Shown in pieces: positions 1 to 13,054 of a DNA stretch of 64,000 bases; positions within the stretch are counted from its first letter, which is position 1; every line of letters starts with the position of its first letter. Position numbers and translations under genes: made by a program. Location of the stretch: NCBI GenBank assembly GCA_025201805.1, contig MU619240.1:211571-275570 (forward strand), given 5' to 3'. The notes beneath the pieces are model-generated. The model saw only the letters and a list, made by a program, of their open reading frames with translations, searched no databases and was not told where the DNA came from. The stretch comes from Parasitella parasitica NRRL 2501. Lineage: Eukaryota > Fungi > Mucoromycota.

Positions 1-683
1 GTCTTATGCGCCATAAGTACAGGCATGATCATCGCTATCTGAGCATAACTTGGGTTCCACTGGGCGCTGTCTCTATCAAAAGTTATCTGCAAAAAACATT
101 TTGGTTTTTTTGCTGTCGGAGTTTAAAAATATCACGTGTTTTTGGGGTGTTTTTATGGGAATTTGAGTATAAAAGGAGGTTTTTTTAGGGCTTTAATCAT
201 TAAAGAAACGGAGGAAAGTATATAGCTTTGATGATAACTGTTGTATCAATTCTAAAACCCTATATGAATACAATACGCATTCATATCAAAGAATAAAATA
301 TAATCAGCAGATTTAAAAAATAATATGTTATGAATTTATGAGGATAGGTATAATCTACCCTATCTCCCGGATCACATCACAAAAATTAAATCCTTGAGTT
401 GTTGTCGTAATTGTAGCATTAACTTTGTGATTGAAGCAAAATATGGTCATATAGCAAGTCTAACTTCAACAGTATCAAGTCAAAGCCAGAATTTGCACTC
501 TTTTTTATTTTTGTCTTGTTACATCATTTAACAAGCCAAGTGCTCTTAATAAATTCCATAATGCCACATACCAAACTTGAAACATTTGCATGAAATTTAT
601 ATGAAGGATTGTGATGTGGTTTATTTATAACTAATCGAAAGTGAATTTTGTTGAAGGATACATATATATATTATCAAATTTAT

Positions 684-1813
684 TTAGTTGGTTGCAGCAC
701 CATATAAACGAACAGTACGGTCTAAGCTGGATGTAGTTAGGCCTTGAGCCAGAGGGCTCCAAGATAAGCCAGTGATTGTGGCAGTGTTATCATTGAAAGT
801 AGCAATAGATGACCCGTCCTTAGCCTTCAATATGCGAACATCATTACCACTAATAGCAAGGTATTGTCCATAATCGTCAAAAGCGAGCGATTCAACCTTA
901 TATCCCTCATCCAAAGTAAATGTCTTTGTGTTGCTCAATTTACGCAGATCCCAGATCTTGACAAGGTTATCTTCTGAAGCAGTAGCAACAATATAACCAT
1001 TTTCGGAAAATGCAAGGGCACTAATCTTTCCAGCATGACCTCCAAAGTTGGCAGCAATCTTCTGAGACTTAACATCCCAGATTTGAACAACAGAGTTAGT
1101 GGCACCAGCACCAAGGAGCATACCATCAGGATGGAATGCAATTGAAGTATAGCCATTTTCGCCATCAGCATTTAGAGTCTCGACAATAGGCTTGGCAGTT
1201 TCGAAATCGTAAAATGACCATTTGTTATCCAAACCCGCACTGACAAAGTAATCCTTACTGGGATGCACGTCGATATCAGTTACATCGCTCTTGTGAGAAC
1301 TGGTGTTGTGGCCAAGCTTGTAACCCTTCTTTTGATCAGCAACCCAAACACGAACATGCTTATCAGCACTTGCACTCAAACAAACGTCATCTGTTGTTGC
1401 TTGACCTCTAAATTTAACAGCTGTAACTTTCTTGGTATGGCCAGAAAGATTAGCAACAACCTTGTCTTCTGCTTTGTTATAGATTTGAACATGTTTATCA
1501 TTGCCACCAGTTAAAATGAAATCGCCATTGACATCCAATGCTGTAATACCGGCTGAACGGGCTGAATGAAGTGAGGGGATAGAAGAGATTTGTGCATAGC
1601 TTTTGACTGTGTCAGCTGAGGCGAAGTCTACTGGGGTTTTCTTCTTGTTACGACGGTTTGCAGAAAGCCTACAAAACATGTTAATTGCAATGCCTCTCAA
1701 TATAACTCAATTGATATCTTACTCGGCATTAGTCTTTTCAATCTTTTCCACAATTTGCAGAGGTAATGCGCTATCAACTTCCATCGGTTCTTCAGCTACA
1801 GGAGTAGTGGTGT

Positions 1814-1846
<33 letters not shown>

Positions 1847-2437
1847 GTGCAACAGCGCCTAAATGTGCTGTGACATTAGCCAGTGCTCTAAAGTTTAAAT
1901 CAAATTAGTTATTTGCAACGTTTACGGTTTAGAGATGACATTTACTCTCTGGCAGAATCACGCTCCTTCTTTAAGCGAGCAATGACTCTGGTAGCAGCAT
2001 CGTTTTGATATAAAGCATGAGATAATTCTTGGCGAACTTGCTGATACTGCTGTTTAAGAGTAAAAGACTCGAGCATGACACTATCCCATTCATCTTGAAG
2101 CGAAGACAAGATGGAAGGAACAGAGGATAACTTGGGAGGACGAGGCTTCACAGTTTCGGGAGCTATTTAGTAGTTGTTTGTTAACGCGTATGGAATTTGG
2201 ATGCTTTGTATCAACTTACTTGATTTGATATCAACTAGATCGTCAACAGTCATTTCCTCGTTATTAGTCGGGTCTCTGCCATTTTCAGCAATGTATTTTT
2301 CAATCAAACTCTTTTCAAATATTCTTCCAGACTTTACTGAGACAACGGGGTGATTAGGTGCGTCTCCAGAAACTGTTGATGGTTGTTTTAATGTGTGAGC
2401 AACTAGACATTAATCATGACTTACTAGCACAAAACAT
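684..2437 (-). CDS. PRP19: Pre-mRNA-processing factor 19 (U-box, coiled coil, WD40), multi-exon
   Basis: Spliced N-terminus MFCAISG...[27 protein letters not shown] (U-box); coiled coil [51 protein letters not shown]; WD40 repeats in ORF 684-1700; GT-AG introns. Confidence 0.96.
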
Positions 2438-2850
2438 GATTGCAAAAAGTTTGTATAAGGAAAAGAAGAAATTTGCTATAACGCGCTCAGATGCTTCAAT
2501 CTTGAGAAGGATACATCAAATTTTTTCGCTTGATGACGTGACAACGACGAACATTGAGGAGCATGTCGCACAATCAATGGGGACGGAATCAGATGCTGGC
2601 ATTGAACACAACGTCCAAATGCAAAATGAAATATAACAATGAAAGCAGAAGCGCAACATCATGAAGCTTATCCCAGCCAGTATAAAACGCACTGAAAGGA
2701 CATGAAGATGAGGAAATTTGAGATTTTACACTGCAAACGATTTGTTTTTAAGCGTTCATTCTGGTGTTTTTCAATTTAGTGTTTCTATGTAACAAAATAA
2801 TGTAAAATAAGCTATGTAAAAAAAAAAAAAAAAAAGAAGAGATAAAGAAT

Positions 2851-3610
2851 CTATTCCGTTGAAGTTTGCTTCACCATCTTGGACTCAGACTTTGGTGAAA
2901 TAGGATCAGGAAGAGACAGAATGGCTCTCAATTGAGCATCGGGCTGCTCTTTACGGGGTTTGTCGTCATCGCCAACGTAGATGGACAAACCAGCCGATGC
3001 CATCAGGACAGCAATGGTAACTGCCTGAGCATACATACGTGCTTGAACAACCTTTTGTTGAGTTGTAAGATATTTGTTAGAGAAACTATAGCCGAGAGCA
3101 CCAACCATAGACGCAGCCCATGAAAAGCCTACAACATAATTATTACATCAACGATTGCTCATAACCCAGCACTAAAAAAGACATGTCTTACCAATAAATG
3201 ACCAACGATTGTCATTTAAATAACGTAACGATCTATCAAAGGAAGACAAATGCTCATCGGGAATGCGTCGTTGCCCTAACTGACCGATCATTTCCTCATC
3301 AGTATAACCAAGCTCACGATTCTCATATTCTGTAACAGCTCTATCAGATGCAAACAAGAAACCAGCAGTAGTGGCTATTCTTTTATCTTAATATCAGATA
3401 TAAACAAGCAAAACAAAATAACTTACTTGAGACAGCCATCAATGATTGCAAAGGTCTGCTGAGTGCTCTGAATTCAGGAGATCTTCGAAATGTCATTACA
3501 GTAGCAATGGCACCGATTCCAAGACCAATGGCAGCGCCTTTGATACCACTCTCCAGCATGATTCTCTCGCTAGTCTTTTCTTGCTCTGCGGATAAGATCT
3601 TTCCAGACAT
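2851..3610 (-). CDS. HIG1-domain mitochondrial respiratory supercomplex factor (Rcf2-like), 3 exons
   Basis: ORF pieces 3383-3610, 3172-3357 and 2851-3108 join via introns; HIG1 motif QKVVQARMYAQAVTIAVL; hydrophobic helices. Confidence 0.85.
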
Positions 3611-4325
3611 TTTCTTATGTATTATATTTTAATTAAAAATAAAAAGAGATAAAAATGAGCCTCTAGAGCTATTTATATTGTTTCTCCACGCAGAAACCCC
3701 TTCCTTCTCAAGGGTGTTCCATTCATTTGTGGGTGCAGTTCCGGTCCGGCTGCTGTAGCAAACGATTTGCCAAAAAAAAAGTGGCCTGTTTCTTAAAAGT
3801 GATTTTATGCGAATGAACAGGGTCGCTGATGCTCAAATTGGCATAGCAACCATTGACATGGATCAACTATTTCCATGGTTTTTGCGCAGCAAGTTTCTAA
3901 ATTTGATCTATGCTCTTACTTTTTTTGAATAACTTTCAAGATATTATATACAGTGCTTCCCGATTCTGCTTGAATGGAAAGAACTTTGATCCGAGATAGT
4001 AAACATGTACTTTATTTAGTGGGTTAACCTTTAGCCATCATATCTTGTTAATATCAATAAATCCACATTCCCTTCTGTAAAATCAACATTGAGGCATATT
4101 ACCCTCTTCCTTCGTATTTGCAATGTTTACCCTCTGCCCTCATGTTTGCAATGTTGGATGTGTCGTTTAAGCATTCAAAACCTTGCTGTCTGGGCCGTTG
4201 TCTGATGTCACTTCATCCATAGGGAGTTTCAAATACGTGGACGCCAGCAGCTCTATAGTTAACAATACGATGCAATTTTCTCTGTGCGTCTCTCTTTCCC
4301 TTACGCGTTCCTCATATTCGATAAT

Positions 4326-4920
4326 ATGTCTGACGGCAAGCAACCCACTGAGAAAGAATTGCAAGATCTCGCAAAGAAAGTCGACAAGCTTGTATCAAGC
4401 AAAAAGGCTCAACAATTGATGAAGAATCCTCCTGCTACCGCTGCTTCTAGTGGAAGAAGCGAAATTGAACAAACCGAGGCCATGAAGGCTCAACTTCGAC
4501 AAATGATGGAAAGTATGGCCTTGTTGGAAAGAGCTGGTAAAGTCAAATCCTCTGGTAAGAAGGATATGGGAGATCATCAATTCTGGAAAACACAGCCTGT
4601 ACCTAGTTATGGTAAAATGTGAAAGCTAAAATGTTTCGTGTCTCTTGATTTCTTATTGAAAACTGTAGACGAAAGCATCAATGAATCAGGTCCTGTTGAA
4701 CCCGACACTCCTTATGAACAGATCAGAAAAGATCCCCTTCCTTTGCCAAAAGAGTTTGAATTTTGCGAAATCAACATGGAGAACGAAATGCAAGTGAAGG
4801 AGTTATACGAACTATTGACCATGAATTATGTCGAAGACGATGACGCTCAATTTAGATTTGACTATTCTGCTGAATTTTTGAAATGGTAAGCAAACTCAAG
4901 TTAAAAAAGTTAAAAAGAAG

Positions 4921-4951
<31 letters not shown>

Positions 4952-6085
4952 GTCAAAAACTAATACAGCAACAAAAGGGCTCTTTTACCTCCCAATCAAA
5001 AGAAATCATGGTTAGTTGGCGTTCGTGTTGCTTTAAACAAAAAATTAGTCGCTTTTATCAGTGGTGTTCCTGTTGCAATGAGAACCTATGATGTGTAAGT
5101 ATAATTTTGAATATACTGTACAGCGGACTAATATTCTTTATTACAGTGTCCACAAATTGACAGAAATCAACTTTTTATGTGTTCACAAGAAACTTAGATC
5201 AAAACGTTTAGCTCCTGTTCTTATTAAGGAAATCACCCGTAGAAGCCATCTTGAAGGGGTCTTCCAAGCGACCTATACTGCCGGCGCTGTTCTTCCCAAG
5301 CCTGTATCTACATGCCGGTTAGTTTAAAAAGGAGGAAGGTCGCCTCACTCAACGATAGAATACTGAAACACATAATATTTCAGCTACTACCATAGATCTC
5401 TCAACCCAAAGAAACTCGTTGAATGCAATTTCTCACGTGTTCCCGCAAAGTCGACCCTTTCTCGTATGGTCAAAAATTACAAGGTGCCTGAGAAGACCAG
5501 CACAGCTGGATTAAGAGAAATGCGTGAGGAAGATGTACCTCAAGTACGTGTCTTGTTAAACAAGTATTTGCAAAGATTCGATTTCGCCCCTGTATTTGAA
5601 ACAGACGAGGATGTCAAACATTGGATTTTGCCTCATGATAAGGTTGTTTGGAGTTACGTTGTTGAGAATTCAGAAAAAAATATCACCGATGTGTTCTCGT
5701 TCTATTCTCTTCCCAGTTCAGTCATTGGAAACCCCAAACACTCTACATTGAATGCTGCCTATATGTTTTATTACGCCTTGGACGTGGACGAGCAACTAGA
5801 CGATACTGAAAAGGATAAGTTTATCACAAAGAGATTGAATGAATTAATGGGTGATGCTTTAGTATTGGCTAAAAAGGTTAGTTTTGTTTGTAAGCTTTAT
5901 GCAGCGTCTAATGCATTAACTTTTAGGCTAATTTCGACGTCGTGAATACGCTTGATTTAATGGATAATGCAAAATTTGTCCCACAGCAAAAGTTTGGCAA
6001 TGGCGATGGCTATTTGAACTATTATCTGTACAATTGGAAGTGTCCTGATGTGGCTAGACATAAGGTTGGGTTGGTTATGCTTTAA
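4326..6085 (+). CDS. NMT1: Glycylpeptide N-myristoyltransferase, multi-exon
   Basis: Signatures [67 protein letters not shown]; C-terminus KVGLVML. Confidence 0.97.
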
Positions 6086-6198
6086 AGTAAAAACAAACAA
6101 ATAAAGTATGGTTTTACCTGACTACTCTCAGATGCGTATATAAACGGGAGAAGTTTGTCCATTTTTTGACTTTTTCTCTTTCTTTTGGTCATGAAAAA

Positions 6199-6891
6199 AT
6201 GCTACTTGCTCAACCGTTTGAACCTCTCGATCATGAACCATTGCAGCCGAATAAGATGCCTTTCCTTGCACGCTGCAAGTTTTTGACTCAACGTACAAAG
6301 AGAGCTTTATGCAGCTTGAAGAACAGAACTCATAATACAACAAGGAGAGGCTTTCCAGCTATTATGTTTCCAGACAATCGTTTTATATTGACTCCTCCAC
6401 AAGCTCGATCATGGTATTCCGGCCATGGCGGTTGCTATGATCCTTACCTCATGCTTGGTCCACCACCACCACACCCCATGCATTTTCCGCCAATGCCACT
6501 TCATCAGTCAATGCCGTATTCAATATGCGTACATTTGACAACATCTTGTCCATCTGAAAAGTGCAACAATCAGTTACATCACCACAGCAAAAGCAGGAAA
6601 CATCAACAACGAACACACGAAAACTCATCTAGCACAGGATCAACATTATGCAACGAATACCCATCATCATTCAACGACGACGAAAAAGAGCAAATTGAGT
6701 ATGATTTCCCAAATGATGAATCCGCCCTGTACGTCAAAAGAAAAAGTTTAACCAATATTGCTGCTACACCTTCTACATTAAGTCGTAGCAACAGTGATAT
6801 TATTCATAACCGCAACCAGCAACACCAACAAAGACGTTCATATTTGCAGCATAGAAGCATTAGCCAAGTTGACATGTACAACTATGATTAA
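6199..6891 (+). CDS. Hypothetical low-complexity (Pro/His/Ser-rich) protein
   Basis: Stop-free 230-codon frame from ATG 6199; TATATAAA at 6137-6144 upstream; no recognisable domain. Confidence 0.55.
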   Translation: MLLAQPFEPLDHEPLQPNKMPFLARCKFLTQRTKRALCSLKNRTHNTTRRGFPAIMFPDNRFILTPPQARSWYSGHGGCYDPYLMLGPPPPHPMHFPPMPLHQSMPYSICVHLTTSCPSEKCNNQLHHHSKSRKHQQRTHENSSSTGSTLCNEYPSSFNDDEKEQIEYDFPNDESALYVKRKSLTNIAATPSTLSRSNSDIIHNRNQQHQQRRSYLQHRSISQVDMYNYD

Positions 6892-8494
6892 AAACTATAT
6901 CAACTTGTTTACGCAAAAAATTACTCGTATAATAAATAAAAATCGTTTGTTTGTTACATTACTCGTTTTCTCACGTAAAATCGCTTTCAGATGATCTAAT
7001 AAAGATCTTTAGATTATAACAATCTTTATGTTACGCTTTGTCTTGCGGGCAAATCAAGTATGAATCGATACCACCCGGCCACTGTATGACTTGGATAGCA
7101 TCTAACTTGAGATGACAGACAAAAGAAGCCTGGAGACAACTACGACGTTTGGTAACATGTCATTTGTATCTTGAATAGAGCAAGTACATTCCAAATGAAA
7201 ACAAGGCTTTATTTATATAAACGACATTGAGTGCTATTTAAGGCATTTAGAACAGGGCATGAGAAAGAACAATCGCAATGAATAAACGATATTGTGTGAT
7301 ATCCTATACAAAACAAGTGATCACATATTTTAGATCTTCCTCTGTTTATATCAAACAAAAAAAAAGGGGGGGCTTACTTAAATTCATGCGCAAAAGATCA
7401 CCTAAACAAATGAAACATGACAAAAGAGTAGTATTTCATCAAAAAGATTCCTCTCAACCACTTGGAGATAATGTAGAAAAGCAACCGATCTTTTCGATAG
7501 CTTTTATTTCGATGCATTTCTTCATATCAGTACGCTACTTTTTCATGAACACTAATGCAAGATATCATACGTGGTAAAACGAAACGCTGTAATCGAACAC
7601 GGTTAGTATTTGTAGGGCTGCTGCCCAATTGTCAAGGAAAAGCCTATAGTAGTTACCATATCAGTTTAATTGTCAGTATTCCTACTGCAAACATTTGCAG
7701 CATTTTATGCTTAGTTGTGCCGGTACCATGTTAAACGGTATTGATTTTACACGCTAAACGTTGCTAGATGTTACTGATACCTGATAGTACTACGTATATA
7801 GCAGAGTAACATAAATCCTCTCATCTTGAATGCTTCAAAATACTGTGAAAAGGAGCAACGACCACTCTGTGAAGGGATGTTTTATTGAGTATTGGCTATG
7901 AGGAGAAAATGATGTTCTTTAAAATCAATTCTGGGACATAAATCCTTCACATTTGACCAAGTTTTAGTCAGAGCCCTATTACATGATGCGAACTTTTGTT
8001 TTCTTTATGACATTGTTGTAGGCACGAAGATTATTATTGCCAGCTTGCATCAAAAAATTTGTGTCTTCACATCAATTCGCATCTACTCGATCAATCTGTT
8101 TTCATTATTATGCGACATTTTTAGCTATTGAATATAGCGAGTATATGATATATATAGGACAAGATGTGTAGTAGAACTTTGTATGCGATTACAATCAATC
8201 GAATGTGCAAACTTTTAGAAGCTTGATACAGAGGGGCAGATGGGTTTGGCAAATACGTCACGAAGCTCATTGTGATACATGATTAAACAAAAAGGAAGCT
8301 GTTCTTCACTTTGACATAATACCGTATATGAATATATTTGTATGTGTATAGAGGCACCCCATAGCATTTGTCTACCACCCCCCTTCCTTGTGGATTCTTA
8401 ATCAACTGTATTTTCATTCTCTTCTTCTTTTTCTTTTTTTAGTATTTTATTTTAACCCAAGTATTCTATCAAAGGAAAAAAGGTCGAGGAAATT

Positions 8495-11400
8495 ATGCCA
8501 GCACTGGAAACCGAGGAAATATCCACAGCCACAGTAAGTTTACAAATGTACACGTATAATGATTTCAACTTGACATTTTTCTCTTGTATTATTTAGCAAG
8601 AAGAGGTTAGTTGTCTTGCAAATGAACAAGAACATAAATCAGGTACAAATAAAAAGACAAGTTTCATATAAATGATTGGCCCTGTCTTAATGTATGTTTT
8701 GCAGGAGCTTTGGATGACACGTCGTTAGTGAACAGCGGAGAAAAGGTTCGAAAAATTCAGGGGGATCGGAAGTAGGAGGGAGAGAGACTGATGTATGTTG
8801 TAGAATGATGTTGAGGCACCACTACTCAGTAGAACACTGGCTTTGATCAAACCTGATGCTATGAAGGCAAATCGTAAAGACGAGATTATAAGTAAAATCG
8901 AGGAAAATAAGTTCACCATTGTTCAGGAACAACAGCTGTTGCTTTCCAAAGAGAAGGCCGGTTTATTTTACAAGGAGCATGATGGAAAGCCCTTTTATCA
9001 AGGTCTTACAGACTGGATGAGTAGGTATGTATAGTATATAAAAAGGTGCTGCAAACGCTGTGTTACCAGAAATGCAGTACATTACTGTGCTTTTTGTTCG
9101 CGATGAAAACGTATATGCAGTTTGCTAATATGTAAATATACACTTGTTAGTGCGCCTATTTATGCGATGATACTTGAAAAGCACAATGCAGTTCAATCCT
9201 GGAGAGATCTTATGGGGCCCACAGATTCGAACAAAGCAAGAGATATTGACCCCAACAGGTAACTATGGCTACAAACAAGCATAATCATACACTTGTGTTT
9301 ATAATGATGTGTAGTATACGTGCACTGTTTGGTGCAGATGGATCTCAGAATGCCACCCACGGCAGCGATAGTCAAGAAAGTGCAGATCGTGAAATTGCTC
9401 TTATTTTTGACAATGATGACAGCACTGAAAAAGCGGCATCTCACGTTCCTGAGACTCACGGCCTGGTTGATGAAGTCGATGCCCATGGTGCTTGCAAGCC
9501 TGAAACAGCTTCCGGAGCCGAAGACGAGAACCAGCAAAACCAATCTTACCTTCCTGAGGTTATAAAAACACCAGATTTTGGTTACAACAATGACACAAAG
9601 AATGTTGCTGACGCTAATGTTGAGACAACAGTAAATATTGATCATCTCCAGACGGCAGACGTGGTATCTTCAGAGGAGCATATAATTGACTTGTCTCAAA
9701 AAGACGATGTCCAAGCTTTCAATGTTATTCCTGAAAAGACTGTCGAGGCTCCTGCAATCATTGAGCAAAAAGAAGCAGTTCCTACTTACCAAGGTGTTGT
9801 CAGCTTAGATGCTACGATCGATGTAACCTTACAAGAAACTGCTGCTGTTACCAATGTCGCACAACCTGATGCCACCACGTCCAGCACAGATATCTTAAGT
9901 AACATCAAGGAGGATGCCACTTCTCCTAACGATACCAAGCAAGCAGAAGCTAATTTCGAACCTATTGAAAATACCCCAATTTTAGAGCAGCAAGAAGTGA
10001 TCGAGCATGAAACTGTCACATTAGACAGTGTAGATTTGGAACAAGAGTCTAAAACAAAGAACCTTGAAGCTATCATTCATTACGAGTCCAAGACTGTTGA
10101 TATAGAAGCCAAGCCTAATGTTGACCAGGAGCCTATTGACGCTGTTCAAGACACCGAGGAAGCCAAGAATTTACATGAAAATGACGTTGTGGTGGAGGCG
10201 CCTGTTGCAATTGCTACAGCTACAGAAACAAGCCAGGACACCAGCAAGCTGGATGTGGAAGAATCCATTGTCGATTCTGGCAATGTGGATGAGCAAGCGA
10301 AGCAGGACGAGTCTGCTAATGATACATCTGCGATTATCAACCAAAGCAACGAAACTTCCAAAGAATGTGTTACTACTGACAATGTTGTCTGTGCTGTTAT
10401 TGACATCAACGCCGCCACTACTATTGCTGTTACAAATCAAGGAGATGACGAAAGTGCCGTTGTTTCTGGTGTCACCTTTGAGGAAAACGAGGTACAAGCA
10501 GATGTCGTTGTTCATAATGATGAGAAAAATCCCACAGCTGTTACAACCATTGAGCATGCAGACATCGTTCAAGATGTCAAATCGGTAGAGTGTGTAATTC
10601 AAGAAAATGGAGCAGAAGAGGTATAAAGTATCATATGAATAAAGTGTAACCTGTTACTAAACAAATTGCATTTGCAGGGCGATCCTATTTCAACCACTCT
10701 CACTACGGCCACCACCACTTTGTCTAATGATGATAGTAATGGCCAATTGTCCAAGAATTCTAGTGTAACCGAGAAGAACCAAGTTAAGGAGGAAACAACC
10801 AAGGAGACAAATGTTAGCAAGAAGCAACCTAAACTTAGAGCCCCTGGTGTTGCTTCCACCGCTACCCGTAATAATAACAGTGCTCGTCCTGCTAATAGTA
10901 CTGTTGCCACTCCCACTGCCACTGATAAGAAAAAGGCTATCACTAATACAGGTATCAAAAAACCTGCCCCTGCCATTCCCAAAAAACCCGCAGAAGGAGA
11001 TGAAAAGCCTAAGGCCAAGACCAGGGTTCCCAGATTTGCATCGCTTTCTCAGCCCAAAAAGAAGCCTGATCAAGACGATAATGCTGCTACTATCGCAACG
11101 GACGTAAAGACAAAGAAGGCAAGCACGAGCACTAGATCATTGGTTTCTAGATTGACAGCACCGACTGCAGCCAGTGCGCGTAAAAAGATATTGTCTGCTG
11201 ATGATGGAAGCACACTTTCTTCCAAACCAGCTGATCTTGTTCGCCAAAAAAAGGCAGCCGCAACCACTACCAAAAAGGTACCTTCTTCCACTGCTCCTGC
11301 TACTGCTGCTGCTACTGTCACTGCCACTGGTTCACGTGGATCAAAGACAGCTGCTTTTAGCAAGCCAAGCATTCCTGTTCCTGCCACGGCAACTAAAAAG

Positions 11401-12389
11401 CCAAGTACTACCGCTACTACGACTTTAGGAGAAGCAGAAGGAAGCGTACGTCGCACATCACCTCCAACCTCTAAAACAGTAACGGAAAAGGTATAGTTTC
11501 TTTCTTCTGTTTATATACAGACATGATTCTATTTATTTATTTATTGTTTATATGGCTATATTTATAGGTTGGCCGTACTATTAAACGCACTACACCAGCA
11601 GGTACCCGTGCAACAGCGTCTGGACTCCCATCTGCTACGAATGGTAAATCCAGCACCAGAAAGGAAACTTTGTCAACTAATGGATCTAAACACAAGAAGA
11701 GTGTACCAACAGCTGTCAAGAAATCTACCACCAACACACCCATCACCCCCAAGGCTGCGAAAACTGACGCTACTTTGATTAATGCTACAACTACCACTGC
11801 TACCACATCCTCCGCTTCTTCTGCCTCATCGGCTTTAGCTAGTACTTCTACTATTAGCTCTTCCTTGAATTGCCATACAACCTCTGATGACTCGGAAGCC
11901 AGTAAATTAGCAGAGTCACCTGGTGATGGCGCTGAGGATAAGAACCAAGAGAACGAGAAGAGTCCAGAACAAGTACAAGATAATGGCAATAACATTAATG
12001 ATGCAGATTCAGAATTAATAAATGAAATTAAGGTCACTGTTGCTTGCAACAATGAACAAAATGAGAAGGCAACAGCAGTCGATTCCAACCAAGACAATCA
12101 GCAAGAAGTCAAGAGTCTCGATATTATCACCAAGCAGCCTGATGATGTGGTTATTGTTGAGCCATCACTCTCGGCAAACAAAGCTTCTGATGCTGAAGTG
12201 GCTGCCATTACTACCAAATTAGAAGTTAAAAAGCCCCAAATGGCTTCTCTTCGTAGTAAATTTGAAAATCTCAACAACAATACTAACACTAATTCTTTCA
12301 GCCATTATCAACTACACACGACTTCTTCAAAGGAAATTCGTTCAAAATCACCAAATCGTATCTCTGATATGATTAACCGTTTTCAATAA
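8495..12389 (+). CDS. Group-II-type nucleoside diphosphate kinase domain fused to long acidic and basic S/T/K/P-rich disordered regions, multi-exon
   Basis: Spliced NDK domain RTLALIKPDA...FYKEHDGKPFY...WRDLMGPTDS...SIRALFGADGSQNATHGSDSQESADREI with the catalytic His intact; continues in-frame through ORFs 9265-10626, 10666-11496 and 11670-12389 across GT-AG introns. Confidence 0.85.
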
Positions 12390-13054
12390 ATGAGCATGTA
12401 GCACCATTATAATATGATTGTACCTGGTTTTTTTTTATTTTTTTATTTTACTTTAAATTTTTTAAAATGCCTGTTGGTAACTTTAAAAACAAAACTTGTG
12501 CAATCAGAAAGCTTCAAAAAGCATAATGTAACATTCGGATATAAAATTGACAACATATGCCATTCTTTTAGAAGTGGGCTCATTTCAGAAAAGAAGGGGG
12601 GGGGGGATGGGAGAGGTGATTGTGTGATCTGTCGTTTTATTTTTCACATTCTGTGCCTGGTTGCTATAGATACATACGTCTTTTTACTGGGGGTAAGGGT
12701 GACACTACTTATTTTTCTCTTTATGGTGCATGCTGCTTGTTAAATTCATTGCAGATTGGAATAAAAAAAGCCTCCCTTACATCATGTCAATGTATACATG
12801 ACATTTATACGGAATAAATATATACAAACCGGGAATCATAATGAGATGCAGATCCTTTTTCATGATATGATTGAAAAAGGTAAAGCATATTTATTTTTAT
12901 ACATACAGCCTTGTTCAACGCACCACCATGACAAAACGGAGTGCTAATACTGAGTCTGGGGGTCAAGAAGAGGCCAAAAAGAAGAGCGAAAGACGTACAT
13001 GTTTTCTTTTTTTAATTTATTTTGTTATTTAATCAAGGGGTATTATATAAAACG

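Noticed and set aside
7035-7190. Possible two-hairpin H/ACA snoRNA
   Set aside because: Only partial pairing is visible by eye and there is no convincing H box; needs a covariance-model scan.
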